From Phoronis australis (Eukaryota; Animalia; Phoronida), in the NCBI GenBank assembly GCA_002633005.1, contig NMRA01000028.1:1-64000 (forward strand): a stretch of DNA of 64,000 nt, written 5' to 3'. Below are positions 1 through 13,695 of the stretch, piece by piece. Position 1 is the stretch's first letter. Every line of letters begins with the position of its first letter. The translations under genes were made by a program, and so were the position numbers. The notes under the pieces are model-generated. The model saw only the letters and a list, made by a program, of their open reading frames with translations. It was not told where the DNA came from and searched no databases.

Positions 1-27
1 CGTTGCCGTTGCCGTTGCCGTTGCCGT
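1..27. repeat. (CGTTGC)n microsatellite, truncated by the window edge
   Basis: cgttgccgttgccgttgccgttgccgt. Confidence 0.9.
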
Positions 28-176
28 TAACCAAACCGCATTTAAAGGGTTTTGACGACAATCATATCGCCAGTCTACCACATGCATGCTTTTTAGCTTC
101 ATGTACAAGGGTGATTGTTTTGTTGGTACTAGATAGAATCATGGGTAGGAAGTGGACAACAAAGTTGATTGCAGAA

Positions 177-915
177 ATATTTTGAGTAAATGTAAGACAA
201 CAGCATCAAATTTGGGCCATGCAAATCTCGTGCCTAAAATAAGGCATAGTGATAGATTTAACAAAAGTTAACTAATACTAAAACTGTTTCAAAATAAAAA
301 CCCTATTACTGCACGACTGCGTGTTGTATGGACACAGTGACTTACTCGACAATGTACGTATTTTAGAAGGAATTGTGATATCGGATTTATTCATACCACA
401 GGCACACTTCAAAACAGGTTAGTACTTTGTTGTGTCCGTTGCCCGATATCCTGCTATGTATATTAAGCAATGTCATGGCTGTTCCGTGAATCTTTTTGAT
501 AACTGTGTACAGAAACGTGTTACTGATATCGTCCAGTGGAATATCCTTCGTGTGGCATTTATTTAATAACCTACTCATATTTGGAAGGTTTTGACGGCAA
601 TCACCTCGTGTTGAACCCAGAACGTCCAGTCCACCACATCCATGCTTTGTTCCTACATAAACCCAGGCGACTGCTTGGTTAATACTCGATAGAAACATGT
701 GTGTATGATGGGATACGACAATTTTTATTGCATATATATTTTGAGTAAATGTAAACAGCATCAAAATTTGACCGTGTAAAACTTACGCTTAAAATTAACA
801 TTGTGATAGATTGAACAAAAGTTTACCAATACTAACACCATTTTAAAATAAAAACCCTATTACAAACTGCACGATCACGTGTGCGAAATGTAGAAGGAAA
901 TTTGAGATCGGATTC
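177..915 (+). repeat. Diverged direct duplication (~177-390 and ~737-915)
   Basis: Both copies read atattttgagtaaatgtaa...cagcatcaaa...gtgatagatt.aacaaaagtt...aaaataaaaaccctattac...tgcacga...tagaagga. Confidence 0.8.
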
Positions 916-3900
916 ATTCATTCCGCAAACAATGACATTGGAAATTTCATTCAGGCGACATCGAAACAGGTAAATACGTTGTCTTAGGGTCGATTTACAA
1001 TAATGAGCCTCAAAACAGTACACAGAGTACCTTTAAATTTATAAAAAGTTATAAAACGCTTGAACACATAAAGGTATGAGATATTGAACATGTTCAAATT
1101 CCACCAGTCGGTGCGTGCTATGCATTGGAACACAGAAAGAGATAAGCAACTGATTCTTGACAGGGAGACTACACATATGGTATTTTCTAATTACTCAGAA
1201 GGCTTGAACATATAGTTTTCTTCGTTACCGTGAGATGTCACAGTCATCCATAATATGGTATCCCCAAATGTTCCATCTATTGCACAGCCTTTAAAGGTTC
1301 ACCATATTGATAGAAGTACCCAACAATTAACTTTTTACACACATGCATAACAGTACCCCCTTGATCGTGATATTCAAGTTCATGTGGTAAACCATAGTGT
1401 CCACATACTGCAAGAAGTTTAAAAAGACCGTCAACTGAGAGCAAGAACAGAACAAGATCATGGTCATACATATTATGATTGATATATGCAAGAGATACTA
1501 CACAGACGATTAAATAGTCATTCAAAAGTGATCGAAGTCCATCCATGTCTGTTTGAAACTACTTCATGGAAGAGCCAAAGCCTCTTGAAAGGACCCAAAA
1601 AGTTTGGCAATGGTCAGTGAGCTGTTGCTTTTATTTATATCTTTAGTTTCATGGTACTAAAAGTGTGCTGCTCCCCTGCCAATGACTTTGCATCACTAAT
1701 TTCTGGTCTCATAGATTGTCGAACTAAGTAGCATTCCTTTCAGTCGGGTTTGTGAGCCTTTGGCTTGACAGGACTATTTCAAAAAATTCTAATTTGTTGT
1801 ATTATAGGCGTTATAACACTTGAGAACCTTCGGAGCATCGAGCTGTGTCTTATATATACTAATGCAGTATGAAACGTAAGCAACGTTACATTACTTCCTC
1901 CGTTTCAGATATCCGTAGGTCTCAACGTATCGTGGGTATGGGTATGGCGTGTAAATAGATAAAAACGTGTATTACTAAAATTTACAAACAGTCGACAAAT
2001 CAATTGTTTTCAATACTGCTTCTGCTTGTGAAATCTGCAAAGGAATTCAATTAACACCATTCAGCATGCATTTTGGGGTCTTGAACGTAATTTGGGTTCA
2101 GTCATGCTGTTGTTTTAGTATGTTAGGGCTTGTATTAGTATGTTAGGGCAATTGTTGGGCGGGGATTAGAAAGAGCCCTAGCGTCTGCGCAATTGTACCA
2201 CCAAGACCTGCAACAAATGTCTAGTGTAATAGAATTGATGGATGTATAGAAAGATCTATTCATTTGAAGTACATGTGCGTCATCACATCCAAACACTAAT
2301 ACTTGAGTACAACCCAGAGTACAATAAAACTACAGTCAACCCTTAAGAACTATTACAATAATCTGGAAACCACACAGTTGTCACAGGTGGAGAGCTGTAA
2401 ATGCAAGACCCAAATGTTATCAATAACATAATTTAATCATCACTATCGTCCTTCATGTATCTGGAAAGACACCATCTCACAGCGTGCGCTCTCACAAAAG
2501 TGCAACTTACGGGTCTTTCTTACCTTTCCGTCTCCGGTTTTATTTTGTGTCGGTTGTCGGCGACATCTTAGGTTCTCTTCCAGTGGTAGCGAGGTCAGGT
2601 CCTGTATGATCTTAATAAAGTCTCTATATTTCTCCATCAGTTTGAATATTTAAATTCATCTCAGAAATAGCTGTTTACATTTATGTAAAACATTAAAATA
2701 CCAATATTTAAACGCAGTTCACAAAACGAAAATGTAGTGATCATATTTCAGAATATGAAGAGTATTTCCTAGATCACTTCTGGAAAATTTAGCATTTAAG
2801 TAAATTCGACCTTGTTATTGTGACCGCTGTTTTACTATCAATGAGCTCTGTCTTTTGCTAAATACTATGATTTTTGAGAAAATGTGAGCTGAAACCAGGT
2901 GAGAAAGAGTGTAAATGAAAATGCCTGAATGACTGGCGAGTAGATGTTTCACTTTACTTTTCTATGTTAAACAAACTCGCTTGCAGTCGAAATAAGTAAC
3001 TTCCAGGAGATTTACAGCTTAGCAGCACCATACCTTTTGTCTCTGGTGTCATTAGTGTAAGTGGTACTGCAGCACATTTCGTGCCATGTCACTGTTCTCA
3101 GCGTCAGATCCTGCATGCTAATGGTATACTAGTCAGCCAAAGTCCAGTGGATCGACGAAAGGCTAAGTTGCTAAAAATCTACAATGAGGTTAAAAGGAAA
3201 TCAACACGTCCGAAGTAGTAAAACCTATATGCCCTCAAATGAAAACTAAAAATGAAGAAAGGTATGACCTAAGTTGTAAATTCACGGTTTTTAAGTCTTC
3301 AAATTCGAAGATCAACACAAGTCCTAAACCCCATGAGTTCGAAAGCTACAAGTTCAAATTTTCATGACACTAGGTTCCGATCGGCGATTTCGAGCAAAAT
3401 ATTCGGTTATTTGGAAGCACANGTATCATAAATCTTGAAACCAGTTTTGATCTAACTAGCTTTCTTTTCTGTCGGAGTTGTGAATATTTGGCCAAATAGG
3501 GTCTTTTTAAAAACATTTCATTTTCCGTATCATTGATGTCGCAGAATGTGTTATTGTGTTTTTGGTTCATTACTTGTTTAGTTTAGTCACCGTATTACAT
3601 CACTTACTGTTGTTGTTTACTACCACTTTCTCCGCATGCAGAACATGAGTAATACTTCCTTTCCCAGAACTGTTAATATTATATCATCAGCATAGTGCAT
3701 CCTTTATTTGTTCATTAATCTCATTGGTTAATTCGTGTTTCTCAGGTCTCTATATATATATCACTTTCACCATATTTTAAGTAGTATCAGTAGCTTCAGT
3801 AGTATGAGTTGATTAGTAGTTTGTTCTCCGCATTGAGAGTTTGGGTGTCAGGACATGAGAACCTTCAGAGTGCCGGGCTGCATCCAAAATATATAGTGGC

Positions 3901-6900
3901 TTTAAACGGAAACAACGTTAGTTCACCTACATAATTTTCGTCTTAAATCCTTCGTCATCCTTTTTGGTTATCCGAGGTTCACAGCGTATCGTTGAGGTAC
4001 GGTTATACCGCGTAAATAGACAAAAACCTGTATTAATGAACTTTTCAAACAATCGACAAATGAACAGTTTTCAATTTGCCACTCGGAGATCAATTGAAAA
4101 ATCCTTGTCTCTACGCTGATAGAAATCGGTCACGGGAACCATTGTTCATCTCCATCTGGTTGTGGCATCTACAGAGGAATTCAAATAACACCATTCAGCA
4201 CGTATTTTGTGACCTTGAACGTCCTTTGGATTAATTCATGCCGTCTTTCCTGGTATGTTAGGGCAATTGTTGGGCGGGGATTAGAAAGTGCGTTAGCGTC
4301 AACGCGAAAGCACAAGCAAGAAAAATAACAAACGTCTAGTCCAAGCGAATTGTAAATACAATTGACAAATGGTCAGATCTATTCATTAGAGTAAATGTGC
4401 GTCATCACGGCCCAAGCATTAATACATGAGTAGAACCAAGGGTACAACGAAAATGCAGGCAACATTTGAAGTCTATTACAACGGAATGGACACCAAACAG
4501 TGGTAACAGGTGAAGACCAAAGTGTTATCAATAACGACAGTTACCCCTATCGTGCTTCATGCATCGGGTAAGACAGCACCTCATGTTATGTGGCCTGTCA
4601 CAAGGGGCAACTTCCGGGCTTCTGCTACCTTTCTGACTCTGATGTCTTTTTGTGTTAGTGGCTCAGCGACATGTTTGGTTTGTTGCCAGTGGTGGATCCT
4701 GCTTGTTCAGATCCTGTATGACCCTAAAAGAAGTGTTAAGTACATTTCACAGAAATAGCTCTTCAGATTTATGTAAAACATTCAAATGCTATTATTTAAA
4801 CGTCGTTCAAAAACGAAAAGGAAATGATCTTATTTTAGATTATTAACAGTGTTTCTGATACCACTTCTGAGATATTTTTATCAAATGAAATTCGATATTG
4901 TTATTGAAACCGTTGTTTTACTAATAATGTGCTTTTCTCTTTTGCTAAATTGTGCAGTTTTTGAGAGATTGTGCCCTGGAACCAGGTATGAAACACTGTA
5001 CATGAATAAAGACGGTGCCTGAATGAGTAGCGAATAGAATTTTCACTTCATTTTTCCGAATCAAACAAGTTGCACATAGGAATACACACGTCGAGGACGT
5101 TTACAGATGAACTGCACCACACCGCCGTTTGACTCTGATGTCTTTCGTCATAGTGGCCCTGCAACACATTTGATATACTGTCATTGCTGGCAACTTCAGA
5201 TATCACACGTGGATGGTATATTAGTCAGCCAAAGTCCGGTTGTTGGACACTGGGACAAGTCGCTAAAATGAACCCCTTGAAAGTGATAAAGCAACACAAC
5301 CTGAATTGAAATCTACAAGTGAGAAGGTGTTTGGGCCGAAGGTATGAAATCACGGTATTCCTCGGTTTCAAGGTTAGCTAGACCAAGAATCCATAAATCT
5401 GAATATCCACTGAAGTCCAAAAGCTTATCATTTTCAAAAGTAAACGTTCGATCTTTCAGGACACGAAGTTCTGAAAAGTGATTTCGTGAAAAATTTTGGA
5501 GTTAGTTTCTATACACGTGCCGTTTGAAACTAGTGATTCGAAGAGCCAGTGCTCCTCAATGGGATCCAAACAAATTTTTTCAATGCTTACTGAGCTGCTA
5601 CATTTAGTTACATTATCAAATTTTGGAATACAGCCAGTAAAATTTTGCTGCTCTGTGGTCAGACCTCGTCAATAGTTTCAACTAGACCTTCCTTTTGTTG
5701 GATTTGTGAACCTTCGGACTCAAGGTCCGTTTGAAAATGTTTTCATTTGTCGCATAATTTGCCTTCTAACTTGTACACCTTCGGAGTATCGAGCTCTATC
5801 GTATTTATACCAATGCATTATGATTCGCAAGCAATATTAGATTTCCTTCTTAGCTGTAGTATTCGGTTGTCAATTTTGTTCTTCCATGCTTCTTCTTCCG
5901 TTTTGGTTATCCGTGGATTGCAGCGCATCGCTGTTGCGTGGGTATGGCGAGTCAATAGACAAAAAATGTATCAACAAAATTTTTGTGACCTTTTACGTTA
6001 TTTGGATTTATTCATGCTGTCTTTCTGTGTACGTTTGGGCTTGTGTCAGTAGGTTAGTGTAACTGTTAGCCGGGATTAGAAAGAGCATTAGCGTCAACGC
6101 GACTACACGAGCAAGACAATTAACAAACGTGTGGTGCAAGCGAATGGTGATAGATTTGGTGGATGGAGAGGTGTATCCATTTAAAGTACATGTGCGTCAT
6201 CACGAACCAAACACTAAAACCTGAGTACAACCCAGAGTACAAGTAAAATACAGCCAAAACTTAAAATATTTTACAACGACGCGACCCGGACACCACACAA
6301 CTGTCATGGGTGGAGAACTGTAACTGCAAGTGCCACCCAGACTAAAATATTATATATAACAAAGCTATACACCGCTGTCGTCTTTCATGAATCGGTAAGA
6401 CAGCAACTCATGGCGCGCGCCCTCACGGAAGAAGTAGCTTGCGAGACGTTTTTACCTTTTCCACTCTAACTGTCTTTTCTTTCTGTCGGATTTGTGAACC
6501 CTCAGGGTTAAAGGGCTCTTTTAGAAATATATTCAATTGTCAGGTGATTTGCCTTTAGACTTGTGAACCTTCATAGCATAGAGCTCTACCCTATTTATAC
6601 CAATTCAGTATGAATCGCATGCAAAATTATATTACATTCTTAATTTTAGTCTTCGTTTGTGATCATTCTTCTTCTTCCATTCTCCATTTTCCGTCTTGGT
6701 AATCCAGGGGTCGCAACGTATCGTTGTTGTGTGAGTATAGCGAGTAAATAAACAAAACCGTGGAATAATAAAATTTACAAACAAATCAATTGTTGTTTTC
6801 CATTTGATACTTGAATAATCAATGTAATTGAAAAATTCTTCTCCATGCCACGGGTGTAATCGATCAAGGGAACCACTGCTCAGCTCCACCTGGTTATGGC

Positions 6901-9665
6901 ATCTGCAGAGGAACTCAGTTAACAGCATTCAGCATGCACAGAGAATCGTCATTTGGATTCAGTCATGGTGTTCTTAGTGTGTTAGGGTATGTGTTAGTAT
7001 GTTAGTGCAAATGTTAGTCGAAATTAGAAGGAGTTTTATCGTCAATACGAATGTACCAGCAAGACAAGTAACAAACGACAAGTGAAAACGAATGGTGATA
7101 GATTTGGTGCATGGAGAGGTGTATCCAATTAAAGTACATGTGCGTCATCACGAACCAAACACTAAAACTTAAGTACAAGCCAGAGTACAAGTAAAATACC
7201 GTTATCACTTTACAATGATCAAGACACCACAGAGTTAATCACAAGTGTCAGTCAGACCAAAATGTTGTCAATAACGACAGTTACACACCTCTGTCGTCCT
7301 TCATGTATCTTTTAGGGCAGCATCTCATGATGCAGCCTAACGTTTCCGATTATGGTATCATTTTGTGTTGGTGGTTCAGCGACATCTTTTGTTCTGTGCC
7401 AGTGGTGGTAAGGTCAGTGTCCTGCTTTCTCGGATCTTATAAGATCCTGGAACAAACGTATATATTTCTCTAACTTTGAACGTTTATATCTCATAAATAG
7501 CTGTTCTTATTCATGTAACACCTCCAAATAATGTGATTTAAAGACAGTTCACAAAACAAAAATGAAGAGCATATTTTAGAACGTTAATAGAGTTCTGTGG
7601 TCTGACTTCTGGAACACTTTCATGAAATGAAATTCGATCTTGTTATTGATATCATTGTTTTACCATTAACGTGGCTTTGCCTTTTGCTAAATTTTACGCT
7701 TTTTGAGGGACTGTGCCCTGAAACTAGATGTAATACAACGCATATGAATAAAAATAGATGCCTGAATGACTTGACTTTTCCAAATCAAACAAGGCTTCTG
7801 TACAGTTTTGATGACTCGTAGAACACACAGACAGTCGAAGCATTTAACTTCTAGGACATTTAGGGGTGAACGGCACCTTACTTTTTGACTCTGATGTCAT
7901 TCCTGTAAGTGGTCCAGCGGCACCTTTGGTACACTCTCACTGCTCGCGACGTCAGATCCCGCATGACAATCATGTATACTAGTCAACCAATGTCCAGTGG
8001 TTTGACAAAATTAGATCAATTCCTTAAAAGCCTATAATGATGTTCAAAGAAAGTCATCTCATAGGAAGCAATGAAACCTTATGATCTGAATTGAAAAGCA
8101 CAAGTGAGGAAGAGTGTGAGCAGAAGACATGAAATCACTTATTCATTGGTCCGAAAGTTTGCAAGTCCAAAAATCCACAAATCTAAAGGTCCAAACTAGG
8201 TCGGAAGTCCATTAGTTTGAAAGTTAAAATTTCGAACTTTCATTTATTACAGTTAGCAAAATGGTCGGAGATTTGTATGCACGTTCCTGGTTGAAACTAC
8301 TTTTTGGAAGTGCCAGTGCCTCTTCTCGAAAGGATCCAAACAATGTTCGACAGCACTCATGATTTGGACACCACAAAGTTGACACAGATAGACAACTGTA
8401 ACTGCAAGTATCAGCCAGACAAAATGTTATCAATAACGAATGTTTCATACCTCTATCGTCCTTCGTGTACCGTGTAAGACAGCATCTCATGGCGCGCCCT
8501 CACGGAAGGTGCAACTTCAAAGATTTTTTTTACCTTTCTAATTACGATATCATTCGAGTAGGTGGTTCATTGTTATCTTTGGTTCTCTGTCAGTAGTGGT
8601 GAGGTTTGAAAACCTTAAAGGTATTGAGCTTCATCCTATTTAATGCAGTATGAAACCTAAGCAACAATAGTTTACCTTCATAATTTTCGTCTGAAGAACT
8701 GCTTCGTCCGTTTTGGTTATTCCAGGATCGCAGCGTATTGCTGGGGTATGGGTACTGCGTGTAAACACACAAAACAAGTATTGAAAAAATTTACAAACAA
8801 TCGCCAAATCAACTGTTTTTAATTTGTTACACGCAGATCAATTGAAAATCCTTGTCCTTACTCCGCCAGAAATTGATACCGGGAACCACAGCCTAGCTCC
8901 ATCCCGTTGTGGCATCTGTAGAGGAATTCAAATAATGACATTCAGCGTACATTTTGTGACTTCGAACGTCAGTTGGATTAATTGGATATGTTTTTAGGTT
9001 TGTTAGGACTGATATTAGTATTTAATTGGAAATGTTTGCGGGATTAGAATGTGTGTTTGCATCAACGTTAACGCACAAGCAAGAAAAGCAACAAACGTCT
9101 AGTCCAAGCAAATGAAACTACAATTGATAGATGGACAGATCTACAGTCTATCTATTGGAATAAATGAGCGTCATCACGGCCAAAGCATTAATATATGAGG
9201 ATAATCCAGAGTAAGTACAACTAAAATACAGCTAACACTAGAAATGTATTTCAAGGACCTGGACAGCACAGTGTTGTAACAGGTGGAGAACTGTAACTGC
9301 ACGTGACAGCCAGTCCAAAATGATATCAATAACGAAAGTAACGCACCTCAGTCGTACCTTGTGTATCGGGTAAGACAGCATCTCATGACGTACGCCCTCA
9401 AGGAAGAGGCAATTTCCTGGATTTTTTACTTTTCCTATTCTGGTGTCATTACATGGTGACGGTTCAGTGACATTTTTGTTCGCTGCCAGTGGAGGCAAGG
9501 ACAGCGTCCTGCTACTTCGGATGCCGCTCGTGGCCCTAGAAAGTGTCCACATTTCTCTAATTTTAAAGGTTGATATCTTAAAAATAGCAGTTCAGATTTT
9601 TGTAAAATCTCCCATGTTAATGGTATACTGGTCAGCCAGTAGTTTGACGAAAGAAAAAGTCCCTA

Positions 9666-11346
9666 AACAAGAGCAACGCGGAGCGTTGAAATGCGCCACG
9701 AATGCATCGCAAATGGTGTGCTTTTAAGGTTATTTATTTGCATCATAAAATGGCCACTAGATGGCGCAAAAACGTACAATCCATCCAAAAACGGGAACAT
9801 GCCATGTTTCATAAAAATCTGTCAAGGAACTTCAGAGAAACAAATGAAAACAGAATAACATGAAATTGCCACTTGTGCGCAAAGCGTTCGTTGGATCCGC
9901 CTGAAAGTCGTCGTCTGTTGTTATCTTCATATAAATACACTTACTAAATTTAATAAAGATCCTGGAGTGGGTTTAGGAGATATAGCTATGGGCGCAAAAC
10001 AAAACATAACTACCACTAGGAGGCGCCACACTAGACAGTTGCCATCATCAAACGTCCTCTTCGCAATGAAAACATATACGCCAATTTTCAAAACTATCCC
10101 TAGAATGATTTCGTTGATAGAGGGGTGGACGCCAAAAACAAGATTTGAAAACAGCAAAAATGCCCACTAGGTCGCGCAAAATACCTCAATTCCATCCAAA
10201 AACATAGATGCCTATATTCACAACTATATGAAAATCTGTTGAGGACCTTTGATGGTACAGAATGGTAAACGTAACAAACTAAAATTGCCACTAGGGGGCA
10301 CACCAGTAGTCAGATCCGTCCGAAAGTCGTCGTTATCCGTTGTCAACATCATATAAATATACTCGCTAAATTAAGTAAAGATCCTGCAAATGGTTAAGGA
10401 GATATAGTCATGAGCGCAAAAAACCAAAAGTGCCACTAGGAGGCGCCACAGTAGTCAAAGTCGTCGGAAAATCATCGTCAGCCGTCCACTTTATAGTAAA
10501 AACATACATGCCAATTTTCACAATTATCCTGAAAGCGGTTTCGTTGATAGATTACTGGACGCCAAAAACAGACTCGAAAACAGTAAAAATGGCCACTGAA
10601 TGGCGCAAACTAGGTCGAATCCATCTGAAAACTGAGAGATAGCGTCACTCAATTAACAGATGCGTGTATGCCAAATTTTATGAAAATACGTTGAGAACGT
10701 TTGAACACAGAGGTAAATGTAAAAAAATTGCCAGTAGGTGGCACACCAGTAGTCAGATCTGTCCGAAAGTCGTTGTCTTCCGTCGTCAACATCACATAAA
10801 TACACTTACTAAATTTATCAAAGATCCTGCGAACGGTTCAGGACATGCAGCCATAGGCGCAAAAAAACTGCCACTAGGAGGCGCCATAGTAGTCGAAGTC
10901 GTCGGAAAATCATCGTCATACATGCCAATTTTCACAATCATCCTTTGAGCGGTTTGGTTGATAGAGGGGTGGACGCATAAACAAACTCGAAAACACCAAA
11001 ACATGGCCACTAGGTGACGCAAACTACGACGAATCCATCTGAAATAGGAAGCTTATCTTCATCTCACTGATAGATGCCTATGTACCAATTTTTATGAAAA
11101 TCCGTTCAGGACTTTTGAAGTTACAGAGGTAAACGTAAAAAACTAAAATTGCCACTAGGGGTCACACCAATAGTCGGATCCGCCTGAATGTTCGCTCATG
11201 CCGTCCCATCTACGGAAGAAACACTTGAGCAAAACACTCCTGAATATACGTCCAGACGTTTTGGCGGACGCCGTACGCCGGACTCCGAACGGATGGACGG
11301 AGATGACGGCATAAGGAGTCCACTTATAAATACGTTTGCGCATAAA
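9666..11346 (-). mobile_element. DINE-1/HINE-like non-autonomous Helentron-associated element, copy 1
   Basis: Reverse complement of the copies at 25309 and 33146. Terminal hairpin caacgcggagcgttg, GGAC/GACG microsatellite near 11265-11300, internal ~450-bp tandem units, inserted in an A/T run with no TSD. Confidence 0.82.
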
Positions 11347-12746
11347 AACTATAATCAGGTTCGAAAGAAGTTAATCCCCTCGAAGCAATGAACCCATATG
11401 ATATGAATTGAAAGCTACAAGTGAGAACAATTGTGGGCGGAAGGTATGAAATTACGGAATTCATGGCTCCGAAAGTTTACAAGTCGACAAATAAATAAAT
11501 CCGAAGATCAACACATGTCTGAAAGAATATTAGTTGTTTTACTATCAGTTTGATAGGGCTGTTTTAGAAACGTTTTTATTTGCCTGATAGGATATTTTAA
11601 AAATCATTCAATGTTACATAACTTGCAAACCTTCGGAGTATCGAGCTCTAGCTTACACGCTACTTTAAGTTTCCTTCTTAATTTTAGTGTCGGTTATTAA
11701 TTTTCAGTCTTTCATGCTTCTTCTTCCGTCTTGGTTATCCGTGAGTCGGATCGTATCGTTGAAGCGTGGGAATGGTAACGAAAACGTTCATTAATAAAAT
11801 TTACAAACAATTGATAAATCAACTATGGTTTTCAATTTGCCATCCGGTAACTAATTCAAAAATCCTTGTCCCTGCCACGGTAGTTCAGTTCCATTTGATC
11901 TTGGCATTTGAAGAGGAATTCAAATAACACCACTCAGCATGCATTTTGTGACCTTGAACGTCTCATTCATGCTGTATTTCTTGATATGTTAGGATTGGTG
12001 TTAGTATGTTAGTGCAATTGTTAGTCGGGATTAAAAAGAGTGTTAGCGTCAACGCGAATATACCAGCAAGACAAGTAACAAACGCTTAGTGCAAGCAAAT
12101 GGTAATAGATATGTTGGATGGAGAGCTTTATCGATCTATTCGAAGTACATGTGCGTCATCGCAACCCAAACACTAATACTTGAGTACAACCCAATTATCT
12201 GGACACCATACATTTGTCACAGGTGTGTAACTGTAACTGTGTCAGCCAGACAAAAATGTTGTCAAAGGAAAGTTACACACTTCTATCGCCCTTCACGTAT
12301 CGGGTAAGTCAGGATCTCATGGTGTACGCCCTCACGTAAGAGGCAACTCCTGGGATTTTTTACCTTTCCGACTCTGGTGTCATTTCGTGTTGGTGGTTCA
12401 GCGACATCTTAGCCCGGTGCACTGGCAGTTGTGGCGAGGTCCTGTATGACCATAGAAAACATTTCAACATGTCAACATTTCTCTAACTTTGAAGCTTCAA
12501 ATCATACACATTTCCCCAACTTTGAAGTTTTATATTTCAGAAATAGCTGTCCAGATTTACGTAAAACTTCCAAATCCAAGGACTTAAAGACCGTTTAACG
12601 AATCCAAAATATAATCATGACATTTTAGAACATTAATAGTTTTTTGAGACGTCTTGGAACATTTTCATCAAATGAAATTCGAACTTGTTATCGATACCGT
12701 TGTTTTGCTATTACTGTGCTTTTCTTTTCTTTTTCGCTAAATTTTA

Positions 12747-13695
12747 CTTAAGGGAAATATTCTTGTGAGGCAATCATTATGAATATCAGGCAAGTAAAAA
12801 CCGAAATTTCAAATTTTACTTGGCTTTCTATTTTCCGATAATATAAACCTTTAAGGAGTTAAAATATTTAATTTTGTAAAAAATAGCTAAAATCGCATAC
12901 TTGGCAATAAAGTCCAATCAACCTTTGAGGACGAATTTAACATACGTGAGCCGAGGTGAGTGTATTTCATATTGTGAAGTATACATTGAAAGTAATTTGG
13001 TTAGGAAAGTAAAAAGATGCCCCAACAAACTTGTGACTGAAGTGTAAATCATTTTAAATGCTTTTTTCTCATGAAAGTTGAACGGTAACACACTTTTCAA
13101 CTCTGTTGTTAGTCGTATTAGTGGTACTGTAGGAACCTTTTGATGCACTGTGACGTCGTGGTCCTGTATGGTCCCGTAAGGATGATAAACCTAAAATTGA
13201 TGATGTCAACCAATCCACTTTCTGTCACCTGCTTTGCATCTTTAGTGTCAATCTTCCAAAATAAAAGCAGGAACCAACTGAAAAAACTTATACTTCCTAT
13301 CTCATAAATTGCACGTTGTGGTCCTTGACGGGTGGCCTTTTCCAAAGGTGCTGTGTAATTTTCTAAAAGCGTAGGTCACGCTTGCCCGTTTAGTAGAATT
13401 TGTTAGAAGTTTTCAAAATTTCCTACAGACTTTTGAGGGTTGGCGATAAGTTACAAAGCATTATTTTGTTTCAGAGAACTGGATGGGGAAAGTCGTTTTT
13501 AGTATGTGTAAGTAGGCCAAAACCGAGTTTGGTATCCTTTTGACAAACAAAGCCCAGCTATTTAACAAATGACAAAGTCGCTCAAATAAAATACTACAAT
13601 TAAGACTAAAGAGAAGGAATGTAATACAGGCGACCCGAACTGAGAGCCTATAGTGTATTTTATATTGACAAGATCTCCCAGTTATACAATCACCA
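12747..13695. mobile_element. Insertion into the 2-kb array unit, partly shared with 48830-49003; possibly a TTAA-specific (Kolobok-like) non-autonomous element
   Basis: The array unit tttgctaaattttac|g..tttttgagagactg is split. 13362-13540 aligns with 48840-49000 (ctaaaagcgtaggtcacg...aaaaccg.gtttggtatccttt). Confidence 0.55.

Noticed and set aside
3640-3680. Possible LINE 3' end motif (SFPRTV)
   Set aside because: Too short, with no supporting upstream RT sequence.
9927-11022. Repeated small ORFs (MRHLVA..., MPLGGA...), also at 33483 and 33931
   Set aside because: They are translations of HINE internal repeats on both strands, not a gene family.
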